Positions 8,913-20,400 of a DNA stretch of 64,000 nt are shown here, piece after piece. Below the pieces are notes generated by a model. It did not search any database. It was not told the DNA's origin and saw only the letters and a list, made by a program, of their open reading frames with translations. The stretch covers positions 496,001 through 560,000 of the forward strand of contig CBFFRQ010000089.1 of the NCBI GenBank assembly GCA_965644315.1. The letters run 5' to 3'. Source of the DNA: Caecitellus pseudoparvulus (taxonomy: Eukaryota > Protista > Bigyra: Bicosoecida). A program made the position numbers and the translations under genes. Position 1 is the first letter of the stretch. Every line of letters begins with the position of its first letter.

Positions 8913-11167
8913 TTAGGAAAAGTGCACCTCCACCCCCAAGGCTTGTGCAGCAGAGCGGGCAGCTTCCAGAGCAGCCTGAACGTCCGGCGTGGCTTGTGCT
9001 GCGTGGGTGCGCAGGCGGTGGTGGTCGTCCACGTCAGCATGCTTGCCCTCCAAGACGCCCCCTGCCTCGTCAGGCGGGGCCATGCTGACCAGGGGCAAGC
9101 CTGCCGCCCAAGCGTCATGCGCAGAGGGGGGCACGTACCCCCCCTCACAGCCCCTGGGCACGTACACACTGTACAGGTGGTCATCCACCCCCAGCGCATC
9201 CTGGGCCAGGAGGGTGTGCACGCCAGTCACGCGCCGCTGCACCAGGGGCGCTGGCCCCTCCGTGTCCCCTGGCTCGCTGGACCTGGCTGAGGCACCGCCA
9301 CCAGCCCCGCCTCGGCTGCTGCGCCGGGATCGTGAAGGGGACCGGGGGGACGCCGAGCGCCGTGAGGAGCGCGACGCAGGCCTAGGGGATGCCCCTGACT
9401 TGGACTCACCCCCGTCCTCCTCCTCGGCGGCAGGCGTGGGCGGTGGCGCAGGGCGCGCCGCCACCAGGCTCGCCAGCTGCGGCGGGGCGAGAGTCCCAGC
9501 CACCGCTTGCAGACCCTGCAGACCGACAGGGTTCCCTGCGATGCACAGCGCCGTCAGGGAAGTGCAGCCTCGAGAGAGCCACAGGGCGATGCCTGGCGTG
9601 TCGTCTGTGATGGCGGGTGCCTGAGCACCCTTTTTGCCTCCCCCGCCGCCCCCCTTCCCCTTGGGCTTGGCGCCCACTGCCTCCAGCATGCGCGGCGGCA
9701 GGGCATCCAGGGGCAAGGAGGGCATGTCCCCCGTCTCAGCCAGGGCGACCACCATGAGGTCCACGGCGGCGCGCTGTGCTGGTGCCTGCAGCTTCAGGTC
9801 CGGGAGGAACCAGGGGGTGAGGGGGGCTGCCGAGGCTGCGGAGCCCCCCTTGTCCTTCTTTGACCCGCCCTTCTTCTTCCCACTGCCTCCAGCAGCCTCA
9901 GCTGCCGCAGTGGCCGCCTCCTCTGCCACCTCAGCCGCTCGCTCCAGCAGGGCACTGCGGCTGGCATACTCGGCCTCACTCAGTGCGGCGGGGCCAGCTG
10001 CCCGGGCAATGTTCAGCACCCCCTCTGCGTCCCCGCCGCACTGTCCCACGTCCAGCTCCGCCAGGGGGGCGGGTGTATCCCGCACGCCGTGGGCCAGCGC
10101 GGTCAGGCCTTCCCCGCCCAGAGGGTTGTCAGACACGACTAGGGTTTGCAGGGTCGTGTTCGTGAGCAGAGCTGCACCCAGGCCTTCCCCCGCCTCGCGG
10201 CCCTGCAGGCCACAGCCGCGCAGGCTCAGGGCTTCCAGGGGCACTTGGGGCCAGAGCAGGGTCAGGAAGGGGGCCACGTCGCAGGTCTCGGTGGGGGGGC
10301 TGGGCGGCACCCCCTCGCCCTCCTCAGCGCCAGACACAGCACCTCCTTCCTCACGAGAGCCCTCACTGCAGCCTTCCTTCGCCTCCTCTGCCGCGCTGCC
10401 CTGAGCTGTGCTGGCTTCGTGCTCCACGGCTGCGCCCACAGCAGGCCTGCGCAGCGGGTTGTACTCCAGCGCGAGGGAGCGCACTGAACAGTCAGGCGCC
10501 GCCAGGCAGGTGGCAAGTGAGCGCACCATGTCTCCCGATAGCTGTGCATGCCACAGGTGGATGTGGCTGACGTCCCGCGCGTGGGGCAGCGTCAGGCGCA
10601 GCGCGGTGAAGGAGGCCAGGTCCACTGCCCAGCCCCGCACAGTGATGTCACCCGACGACTCCAAGTCGTACTTGTCGATGGTGACGAGGCGGCTGGCCCT
10701 GGTTGGCGTGCTGGCAGTGCGCTTACGCCCAGCGTGCTTGCGGTGGCGCATGGTGCGCACTGCAGGAGGCAGCGGCAGGGTGTGAGCGTGCCAATGCGAG
10801 GTCGCGCGTCGGCAGCCTCACGTCTCTCGGCTTCCTTCACTCTCGGCAGGATGTGTGGGTGTGGGACAATCTGCAAGGAAGATGCAGTGGTGTTAATGAT
10901 GAGTGTCGTGCCGAATCCAAGGCTCTCGGACACTGAATGCCTGCGGCAGGGCCACGCTCCGGCGTGGTGAAGCGATTTCCGCACCTTGAGCAGCTGGCAG
11001 GCAGTGAGAAAGTCCGGCCGGAAGGCGCCGGTGGTGGTCACAGGGGGGGCATCTTGATCAGGAAGGCGCTGGTCTGCACTCCAGTACCCGAACTCTGTCG
11101 GTTTGGTGGGCCCTTCGGAGACCGCGGCAGCCTTGCCCTTGCCCTTGGCCTTGCTGGAGCTGGGCAT
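8913..11167 (-). CDS. LRRC71: RNI-like leucine-rich repeat protein, LRRC71-like (introns in the 5' part)
   Basis: N-terminal TGAFRPDFLTACQLL, then ITVRGWAVD...LPHARDVSHIHLWHAQLS...VRSLALEYNPL, resembling LRRC71 (IRGW...INLW...LEGNPL). LRRs: LEALSLRGCGL, NTTLQTLVVSDNPLG, SLTALCIAGNPVG. Lys/Gly-rich insertions. Confidence 0.65.
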
Positions 11168-11456
11168 GCCTCCTTGCCAGTCCTGCAGACGGCTGCTGAA
11201 GTTGCGACAAGACAGGCGGCGTCACCATACCACGTGCACTGCGCACATGCTGCGCGCGCCTGCTTCTGTGGACACGTGTGGTTTTTGTCACAGCTGGCGC
11301 TCTGTCCCACCTGAGCACGGAGAGTGCGCGTGCCACTTCGCGGCTCCCGCCACATCCCCCACACCTGCACACCTTCTCGGGCGCGTGCTTCCACCGCGCC
11401 ATCCTGCCGCCGTGCTCCCGCCTAGTGGGAGAGGCTGCCGTTGTCCACCCGCCAGG

Positions 11457-14400
11457 ATGGCCAAGGGCGCCAAGCGTGGCTCGCCCGGCTCGGGGCCGCA
11501 CTGGCACCTGAGCAAGCGAGGCCTGCACGAGGGCTTGGACGGGCAGCTGTGGATTTACTGGTACCTGCAGGTGATCTTCGGCCTCCTCGTGGCGGTGTTT
11601 GGCGCCGTCGTCGCATACTTCACGTATGGAGCGGCGTGGTCCCCCATCGCCCTCGCTGCCACCAGCGCCGCCTTTGCCTTGGTTGTCTGGCTGTTCGAGC
11701 CGTGGGCAGTGAAGACGCTGCAGCGATCAGGAGTGGAGGTGCACGTGTACATCACCATGTGTTTCTACTACCTCGTCATGTCCTGCTTGACGGTCTTCTC
11801 TGGCTGGTGCCTGGTGCAGGTGAAGTCGGTGCGTGCTCGCGAGCCAGGTGCACTGCCGCAGCTATTTCCGCTGCTCCGCGGCGCCCTGAGAGGCGTCTGT
11901 GCAGCCCCCCAGGCACTGTGCGCCTGCGCGACGAATCACAGGGGGAGCAATTCTTCGAGGAGAACTGGATTATTCTACAGAACCTCGTCATTCCGTTCAC
12001 GACGCAGCTGGAGGCGAAGCGGCAGTTCGTGCAATTTCAGCAGATTCTGTCCGGGTGTGGCTTCTTCATGGTGCTGCTGGCGACGCCAGCCCTCAGCCGC
12101 ATGTGGCTGCACTTGGGTGGCCTGCAGGCCCTTGTGCGCCGGTCCTGGGGCATCATGCTGCCCCAGATGGCCCTGCTCTTCGCGCTGGCCAGCGCTGTCG
12201 CAGGGCTGACCATCGACGCTGTGCAGGTGGCGCTGTACGCGACGCCGCAAGGCAGCGACTCCCTCACCACCCTGGCCGTGGCCTCCATCATGGTGGTCAC
12301 CACCGTCCTGATTGCAGTCATCATGGCCCTGCGCTGGGGCTCCTACCACCTCACCTACACTCTCTCTGCCGCCCTCCTCGTCCCCTGGACACTCATCCTC
12401 CTCATCACCGGCAGCGTCATCGTGGCACAGTCAGAGGTGGCACCCGCCTACGTCAAGGAGCACTGGAGCGAGCTGCAGAACTTCGTCGGGCCCAAGTTCG
12501 CAGCAGGCGGCCCCAACAAGTATGCCCAGGCCGCCGCCCTGCGCATGGAGCAGGCAGGCACCCTCGCCCTCGTCACGGGCATGACGGCGTTGGTGTACAT
12601 CTTCACAGGCCTGCGCAGCGCCTGCTGGGCCCTCACACTGGGGCCCAACTCCCTGGAGGCCGCCATGGCACCTGCTTCAGACTCAGCCCTGGCTTCTCTA
12701 GGGGACAGCTGGCAGGGCAAGGGTGGGTATGGCTCGGTGGGTGGCGGGGAGGCAGCTGCTCCCGCGGCGACCTCCTCAGCCCCCCCTCGCACGTCAGATG
12801 GGGAGGCCCTGGCATCCTACCAGGGGCAGAAGCTCGCGGAGCTGGACGCAGAGGGCGGGCACATGGAGGGTGTGGAGATTGACGCGGAGTCTGTCACCAG
12901 TGAGGCTGCTGGGGCGAACGACACGTTCGAGGGGGTGGAGACGCCCCACCTGGGCCCACGCCAGCCCCCTGGGGAGGAGGACGGCACACCCCCCTTGAGT
13001 CGGTCCACCCTGGACGGCTCCACTCGCCGCACCAGTGTGAACACCTTCCGGTACGCCAAGCACTCGAGCGTGTTCGCGACGGCGCAGCCAGCGTCAGCTG
13101 GGGACTGGTGCCAGGCCACGACAGCGCAGTCCCTGCACACTCTGCGCATGGAGTGGAAGTGCTTCGCCGTCGTAGGGGCCATCTTCGTGGTGGTGTTGGG
13201 GGCCTTGGGCGGGGGCATGTACCAGCTGCAGGCTGACGCGCTGTGCGGAGCGCTGTCGCGGGACGGCGAGGCGCCTCACCACGTGTCCTTTTCAGCACGA
13301 GTGCCCGTGCAGCTCTTCCCCACGCTGAACATCATCAACAAGTACCCCCTGGGCACGGTGCAGGTGTTCTGGGACCTGGACGTCACGGACGGCATGGCCA
13401 ACATCACCGTGGAGCAGTGGGCTGTGGAGCAGCAGCACATGCTGACGCAGGAGAAGTTCGACCGCGCCCTCACCAGCATCGTGGACGAGGAGGGCGGCGA
13501 CGACTTCTTCGCAGACCACAACACGTACTACACGTACAACCTGGACATGAGCCCGGCAGCGCAGAACACCACATACGGCGCTGCGAAGGCGGACTGCGTC
13601 GCGACAGCCGTCATCATCACCATGCCTGCGCTGACCCTGCAGACCACCATGCGTGTGACGGGGGACCACGTCTTCACCAACCTCACTGGCACCCTGGACA
13701 CGTCCACCTTCCAGTCGTATCTGCGGGCAGCCCTGGTCACGTCGGTGGATGGGCCCATCTTGGTGCAGAATTTCTTCAGCAACCTGCAGGACCCCATCTT
13801 CAACACGCCGCCCCCCGCCACGCGGGCATTGAACCTCACCTCCCTCACCGGGGACATCCACGCTGAGCTGGTGCTGTCTGAGAACGGCGCCGACTTGGAG
13901 ACTGGCGGCAACATTCACACCGCCCTGCTCATGGGCGGCCACATCCAGCTGCCTGCCGGCATCAACCTGCACGGGGATGTGTCCCTGCTGTGCCATGGTG
14001 CGGGGCGCATCGCCGCCACGGGCATCATGACTGGCTCCAACTACTACATGCAGACGTTTGTGGGAGACATCATCATCGACCAGGGCGAGGGGTTCGTCCT
14101 GAACAACGTGGACATCCGCTCCACGTGGGGCCATGTCTACCTCAACAGCATGCTGTTCCTGGCCGCCAACCAGACCACGGTGCGCACACGCGCGGGCGTG
14201 TCTGGGGCGGCCGTGTACGGCAACTACCTGGACGTGCAGACGGACTTTGGGGAGATCAGCCTGGCGGAAGTGTTCATCGGCCTGGACACGCCTGAGGACA
14301 CGACCAACAAGGGCCTCTTCCCGCCCTCGGACATCACCGCGCCGTACCGCGAGCCGGGTGTGTTCTTGGCGTCCAACTACGGCAAGCTCACTCTCATCGG

Positions 14401-14728
14401 CTTGGGCGGCGGCCTCCTCGCCAGCTCTGAGCCTGGCACCCTGCCCTTCGCCAAGCGCATGGGGCTGACGCTGGAGACGGTGCACTCTGACATCCGCGTG
14501 CAGGTGAACGGGGGAGGATACACGGGGCCGTACCAGATCTCCACAGAGGATGGGGAGGTGGTGGTGGAGCTGGAGGGTATCCAGGGTCCCTCCAGTGGCT
14601 ACCTCGGCACGCCCAGCCTCAAGCCAGGCGAGGCGTCCGTGGGGCACCTCAACATCACCTCCACCAACGGTGATGTGGACTTCAGCCTCATGGTGAACCC
14701 CATGGGGGACTTGGGTGGACTGTTCTAG
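11457..14728 (+). CDS. Polytopic membrane protein: two tandem 4TM modules, cytosolic linker, ninth TM, C-terminal beta-rich (DUF4097/adhesin-like) ectodomain; intron 11829-11941
   Basis: ATG at 11457. A phase-0 intron GTGCGT(11829)...CACAG(11941) joins VKS|GEQFFEENW. The C-terminal half has repeated S/T-x-x-G-x-I/V units (TSVDGPILV, TSLTGDIHA, TFVGDIII, STWGHVYL, TDFGEISL, SNYGKLTL, STEDGEVVV, STNGDVDF) and N-glycosylation sequons. TAG stop. Confidence 0.75.
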
Positions 14729-14990
14729 GACTCTGTTGTTGGTCTGCCCCCCCCCACAATCCCATTCTCCTTGTTTCCCTCACCGCGCTTGCCTCAGATG
14801 CCCTCCCTCGCAAAATTGCCCCGCCGTACGTTCTCCCCGACTACGCTGCCCTGAAGATGCTCACAATCGCACAGCAGTGCACGGCATACCTCCCTTCAGC
14901 GACCGCGCGTGAGCGACGAGTTGGAGCGTGACGTACCACGCAAATTCCGCAGGGGCACAGGCACCCCTTCCACACAGCACAAGGGCAGCG

Positions 14991-15357
14991 ATGAGCGCCG
15001 GGAAGTCTGCAGTGCTGGCACTGTACCGCGACATGCTGCGCAATGCTCGCGGCTTCAAGGTGCGACAGGCGCTGAGTGGCGCGGCGCCGGCGCTCGCGTT
15101 GTGCTCTCGGCTGCTCAAGCTTGCGCCGCACTGCTACCCCATGCTCTTGCGCGCAGGACTACAATTTCAAGCATTACGCCATGCGGACGGTGAAGGCCAA
15201 GTTCAGAGCAGGCGCGAGCGCAGAGGGCGAGGCAGCGCAGGCACTGGTGGCTGAGGCGCAGGCTCAGGCAGCCATGCTGCAGCGCCAGGCGCTGATCAGC
15301 AACATGTACAGCAAGGCCACCAGCGTCATGCAGCACGCGGCAGGGGCGCGGGCGTGA
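14991..15357 (+). CDS. LYRM4: LYR-motif protein 4 / ISD11 (mitochondrial Fe-S cluster assembly); exons 14991-15059, 15157-15357
   Basis: The spliced product MSAGKSAVLALYRDMLRNARGFK|DYNFKHYAMRTVKAKFR...LQRQALISNMY matches the ISD11 pattern (LYR..LR....F..YNFR.YA.R...F; L.RQ..I..MY). Confidence 0.9.
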
Positions 15358-15392
15358 AATTGAGAACATAGCATTGCACCCCACACTGCACG

Positions 15393-16874
15393 TCAGTCTT
15401 CCTCATCAATCTCCTCATCCAGCTCGCCCAGCGCCGTCAGCCAGGAGCGCTTGGTGTCCTCGTCCAGGCACTCGAAGGTGAAGACGCGCTCTGGCTTGGG
15501 GTTGGTGGCGTTGTCCCGGGAGTACGCTGACTGCGTCTTGGACAGGATGGGCACCAGCTGGAACACCCGGGGCGTGTCCTTGCCAGCATCCACGGTGTAG
15601 TTGAGCGGGTCGATGAACATGTTCTTCTGGGGTGGCTTCACCCCCACATCCGCCATGCTCTTGTAGTAGGCCAGCTTGCCGCTGCGCAGGACCAGCCACC
15701 GGTCCCGCATGCCCACACTGCCGAACATGCGCGTGCCGCCGCCAGACTTCTTCACGAGGGAGGAGTAGTCGGTCAGCTGCTTCTTCCAGGTGGTGGGGGG
15801 GGGCTCGTAGTTGCCAGCATCAGGGGGGGCGGGGGGGGGGTCACACGTGGGCACGCCCCGCACGTCCTCTGGTGGGGGCGGCGGCGGCGCCGAGGACGAC
15901 ACATCGCCCGTGATGCTGTTCACGTAGAAGACCTCCTCGGGGTCCCCCTGCCCCACCTTCTCGATGATGCGCTCTGACGTGCGCAGGACGGGGCGCAAGG
16001 CAGCCTCGCATGCGACGGGGTTGGAGTACCGCTTGCTGCCACGGATGCCCAGGCAGCGGTCGTTGGCATCCGCCTGTGCCTTCTGCTGCTGCTCGTCCAG
16101 GATCTGCTTGCGCGTCATGAACACCCACGCCTCGTGCAGGTGCCGGCCGTCGAAGTCCTCGGGCTTGTCGTCGAACTCCCGCCGCTCAGAGCGCGCCTTG
16201 TTGAAGTAGTACACACAGGAGTGCTCGAAGTCCCACCGCAACACCCACTGTGGTGCGTACTCCACGCCGTCAGTGGCAAAGGCAGGTGGGCGCTCCCACA
16301 TCGTCTCCGCAGTCTCCATGTTCACGTAGTAGTGGCAGCGCTCCTTGGGGTCCCACTCCTCCACCCACTTGGGCCCCACATACGGCATTTCCTCATAGCG
16401 ACCATCGTCATTGGGCGCTGGGCGCCGGAAGCGCCGGGTGCGGTACCGCCTGTTCCACCAAAATGTGGTACCTGGAGCATCTGTCAATTCCATCCACCCA
16501 GGCTGCAGCTCCTGCTGCGCCACTGTGAGCGGGGCGGCGGCGTGGGGTGTAGCGGCTGGCATTCGCGAAACGCGCGGCGAAACCCCGAGGCGCTGCGCGG
16601 CTTCCCACGCACGCTTGTCGTCTTCCCGCAACAAGTCAAAGGAGATGGGGGGCAAGTTCCCGCTAAAGATTTCATACGCTGTGGGCCCAGCCACACCTCC
16701 GCCTTTCGGGCGGTGCAAGGCCTTGGTCATCACGGGCAAGTTCCCGCTGATGAGGTTCCAGGCTGGCAATCCATAGTCTTTGCGCAGCACGGCAGTCATG
16801 TTTACGTCCACGTCCTCTGCAGACTTGGGCGCCTTCTTCATCCCGGCGCCCACCCCCGTCGCTGCGGCAGCCAT
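15393..16874 (-). CDS. WW-domain (3-4 copies) plus C-terminal PH-domain protein
   Basis: WW-like units: PGWMELTDAPGTTFWWNR, WVEEWDPKERCHYYVNMETAETMWERPP, WVLRWDFEHSCVYYFN, and degenerate EVFYVNSITGDVSSSAP. PH domain: LVKKSGG...RDRWLVLRSGKLAYYK...RVFTFECLDEDTKRSWLTAL. Confidence 0.8.
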   Translation of the reverse strand: MAAAATGVGAGMKKAPKSAEDVDVNMTAVLRKDYGLPAWNLISGNLPVMTKALHRPKGGGVAGPTAYEIFSGNLPPISFDLLREDDKRAWEAAQRLGVSPRVSRMPAATPHAAAPLTVAQQELQPGWMELTDAPGTTFWWNRRYRTRRFRRPAPNDDGRYEEMPYVGPKWVEEWDPKERCHYYVNMETAETMWERPPAFATDGVEYAPQWVLRWDFEHSCVYYFNKARSERREFDDKPEDFDGRHLHEAWVFMTRKQILDEQQQKAQADANDRCLGIRGSKRYSNPVACEAALRPVLRTSERIIEKVGQGDPEEVFYVNSITGDVSSSAPPPPPPEDVRGVPTCDPPPAPPDAGNYEPPPTTWKKQLTDYSSLVKKSGGGTRMFGSVGMRDRWLVLRSGKLAYYKSMADVGVKPPQKNMFIDPLNYTVDAGKDTPRVFQLVPILSKTQSAYSRDNATNPKPERVFTFECLDEDTKRSWLTALGELDEEIDEED

Positions 16875-17470
16875 GTTGCTGTGACAGTGCAGTCGCTGCA
16901 GCTGCGCCCTCGTGCAGGCTACGCGAGCGGCAAGAGCGAAGGTGGTGCAAGGGCACAGCCGAGGGCCAGACCCAGCTGTGTGGCCTGCGAGTCTCGGGCG
17001 GGGTCCCGTTGCAGGTGCGCTTCAGCGCTGCCCTGCCGCAAGGTGCACTGCACTTGAGTTGCCTTCCCGCGGGCCACTGCTTGTTTCGCAGTCGTGCCTG
17101 TGAGAGCAACGAGTCAGAGGCGCATGCAGGGGGGTGCGACGGTGGGGCGGATGAGGTTTGCACGAGGTGTGCCGGCATTGGTGGAGTGAAGGGGGCGCTC
17201 GCAGGATTCTGAGGGGGGAGCATCGGCAAGCCTGCCACTCACACGCAAGCTGCTGCTCCCACTCCTCGCGAAACGACATCAGACTCCGCGTCAAAACGCA
17301 ACGCAGGCAATGAAGGGGACCATTCAGCACATTAAGACACCCTCCCACACCCAGCCTTCCCGCGACAGTCCCGGAAGCCCGCCTGCGTTTCCTGCACGGC
17401 CGGGCACGGCCGGCGTGGTGCCTGGCTCAGGGTCCAACCCATTTCCGCACCCCGCACCGCCCCGACAACC

Positions 17471-20400
17471 ATGGGCAATGCTGTGGCAGCCGGCACGGGC
17501 CCGGCGCTGGATATCGCTGCTGTGGTGCGCCACGAACTGCCACAGTTGGGCGAAGGCCCTCTGCGCACACTGTCCTCCAGCAAGTTCCTCAAATCGGTGC
17601 ATTGCGAGACAGGCGACGGCGCCGCTGCCCTGGTGAAGGTGTACGCGTTGCCACCCGATGCGGGGAGCAACGCAACTGCCTTCCGCACAATCGCCAGGCG
17701 TCTACTGGCCCTTCGTCGCCGCGTGGGCATTGCACACACTCCCCACGCCGTGCCGTACTCCCTCGTGTGCTTGGGCTCACGACACGCGACGGGGCTGCTG
17801 GTGCGCCAGTACTTCGCCACCACCCTCGCCTCGCGCCTGCACCAGCGCCCCTTCCTCACCCACATGGACCGCCTGTGGATCACATTTCAGTTGCTGGAGG
17901 CGCTGCGCCAGTGCCATGAAGCTGGCCTGCGGCACGGTGACCTGACGCCGGACAACATCGCCATGACTTCCTGGGACTGGCCCGTTCTGGTGGATTGGGC
18001 ACCCCACAAGCCGACATTCCTGCCTGTGGCGGACCCGACGAACTACTTGTATTTTTTTTCTGCGGCTGCAGACCGGCGCCGCTGTTGTGTTGCGCCGGAG
18101 CGCTTCACAGACGACCCCTCCCTGCTGACCGGCGCCGGAGGCAGCAGTAGCGGCGCCTACGCTGGCCACGCGGCGGGCAGCTTGCCCTCCACAGCAGCCT
18201 CGTCCCGTGCAGCCGCATCGCAGGCTGTGGAAATGGGCCAGGCCTCCAGGCAGGAGCGGGTTTCGGCGGCGGGCTCAGCCCCTGGGCACCGCGCCACCAT
18301 CACAAACACGACCAGTGAAACTGCAGACGAGGTACTGCTGCCCAGCATGGACGTGTATTCTTTGGGTTGCGTCCTGGGTGAGATGTGGTGCGGGGGACGG
18401 CCCCTCCTGGACCTCCCAGCGGCACTGCAGTACCACAAGGGGTGCATGGGGGGGCAAGGTAGCACCCCCCCCGCTCAGCCCTCCTCGCATCCATCCTCGC
18501 CCCTCCCAGCACTGCGAGACCCAGTACACGCTGTGGCGGCAAAGGTGGGCGTCATTTCCGCCCTGGAAGACCACGTCGTGGAGCCAGGCGGCCCTGATGG
18601 GCCCATGGCCCGCCTCATCGCACACATGGTGCAGGGGCAACCACACCGGCGGTGGACTGCGGCGGAGTACTTGAGCTTGCTGAAGGGAACGCTCTTTCCG
18701 CGGGCATTCCACCAGGCACTGCACCCGCTGTGCCACGCCTTCTTGGCGCCGGACATGTCCTCTGCTGACGCGCGCATGGCGCTGCTGCTGCGCATGTACC
18801 CACACCTGCTAGCCACAGTGCTGGGGTGCGTGGATCCCCATGGGCAGTACGTGCTGCACTGCATGGCCAGCGCTGTGGACAGCGCAGCAGGCGCCGAGCA
18901 AGGCATGGACCCTGCCTCCCTCCCTCATCACGCCCGGGTGGAGGTGGGGGTGGGGCAAGACGGCGGCCCCCCAGCGCCCACAGCAGTGCACATGCCCACT
19001 GCTGGCGCCTCTGCCACCCTGGACACCCTTGCGGCAGCCCAGTGGGAGTGGTGCATGCATGACGCGGCGCAGCCACCTGTGGCGCTGGACGTGTCGGCGT
19101 TTTACGCACCGTGGGTGCCCGGCGCCGCCACGTCAGAAGAGGTGCAAGCTTCCCTCGCCGAGTGGCAGGAGCTTGCAACACTGCACTGGGGCGAGGCGGG
19201 GCCAACAGAGCACCCGTTAGTGGACCGTCAGGCCTCAGACACCTCCACTGGCAGCGATTGGGAGATGGTCAAGACATACCCAGACATTTTGCAGGAGCAG
19301 CAGTCAGCTAGCCAGGAGCACCCGGCGCAGGAAGGGGCCACTCCGGCACCACCCACAACACCGGGTAGCGCCAAGGAGGCAAGCACCCTGGACACTTCCC
19401 CCATCCCTGCGCAGCATGCCAGCGCCATCCGCCTGTGCCTGCGTCTCATCACCTCCTGCCTACGGTCCGTCAGCTCGCCCGCCCTGCGTGTGGCTGGCAT
19501 TGCCCTGCTCGGGCGATTAGCCCTGCTGCCTGCCCCCGCCATTGCCGACTCAGACCGCCTGCAGAGGGTGATTCCGTACCTGGTGCCATGCCTGCGGGAC
19601 ACCAGCGCCCTGGTGCGAGCCCACGCCCTCAGCGCCATCACTGGCATCCTCGAGGAAGTTGTGGAGTTCCCCGCCACGGAGAGCCAGATCATGCCCATGT
19701 ACATCAAGCCTGCCGTGGAGCACCTGGAAGGCGATCCCTCGGGCGTCGTCAGGGCCACCCTGGCCGGGGCACTTCCCCGGCTGTCAGCCGTTGCTCAGCG
19801 ATTTCAAGACGTGACCCACTGGCGCGATACGGCGCCGGACGGCTCAAGTCACCCAGGCTTGGCCAGCCCCAGCCCAGACGCCCTGTCACCCAGCAACAGC
19901 ACCAGCACGCTGGACGCCGGTGGCAGCCATGCTGCAACACCAGTCGCTGGCGCTGAGCAGGGCTCTGAGGCAGGCCTGGAAGCCCTGGCCGCGTCAGGCG
20001 ACACGGCGACGTCCCTGCTCACGAGCCAAGTCCGCCTGTCTCTGCAAGGCACCATCATGCAGCTGGCGGGGCTCACATCGGCCGCGTCTGGTGTGCAGGC
20101 CACAGCACTGCAACTGGCCGTGCAGAGCCCCGCCATACGCGCTGCGGGGGTGGCCCTGGATCACAGCGCCATGGTGGCATCCATGGCGCAGTCACTGGCT
20201 GGGTCCCCCTCTTCTGGCGACGTGTTTGACGATGTGGGTGTCACGCCCGCCCTTCCGCGCCTGGTGCTGGACCTGGCAGACATCGCTCAGCGAGCGTGCC
20301 AGGACCTGCAGGCGCTGGCAGGCGAAGGGCCTGCCCAGCCCTGGCAGGTGCAGGACGCCCTGTCAGTGTGGCGAGGCTTCAGCAGCACACTGGCAGCCTC

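Noticed and set aside
15790-15890. Long G-runs suggesting a G-quadruplex or repeat element
   Set aside because: Explained by poly-Pro codons on the minus-strand WW-PH gene.
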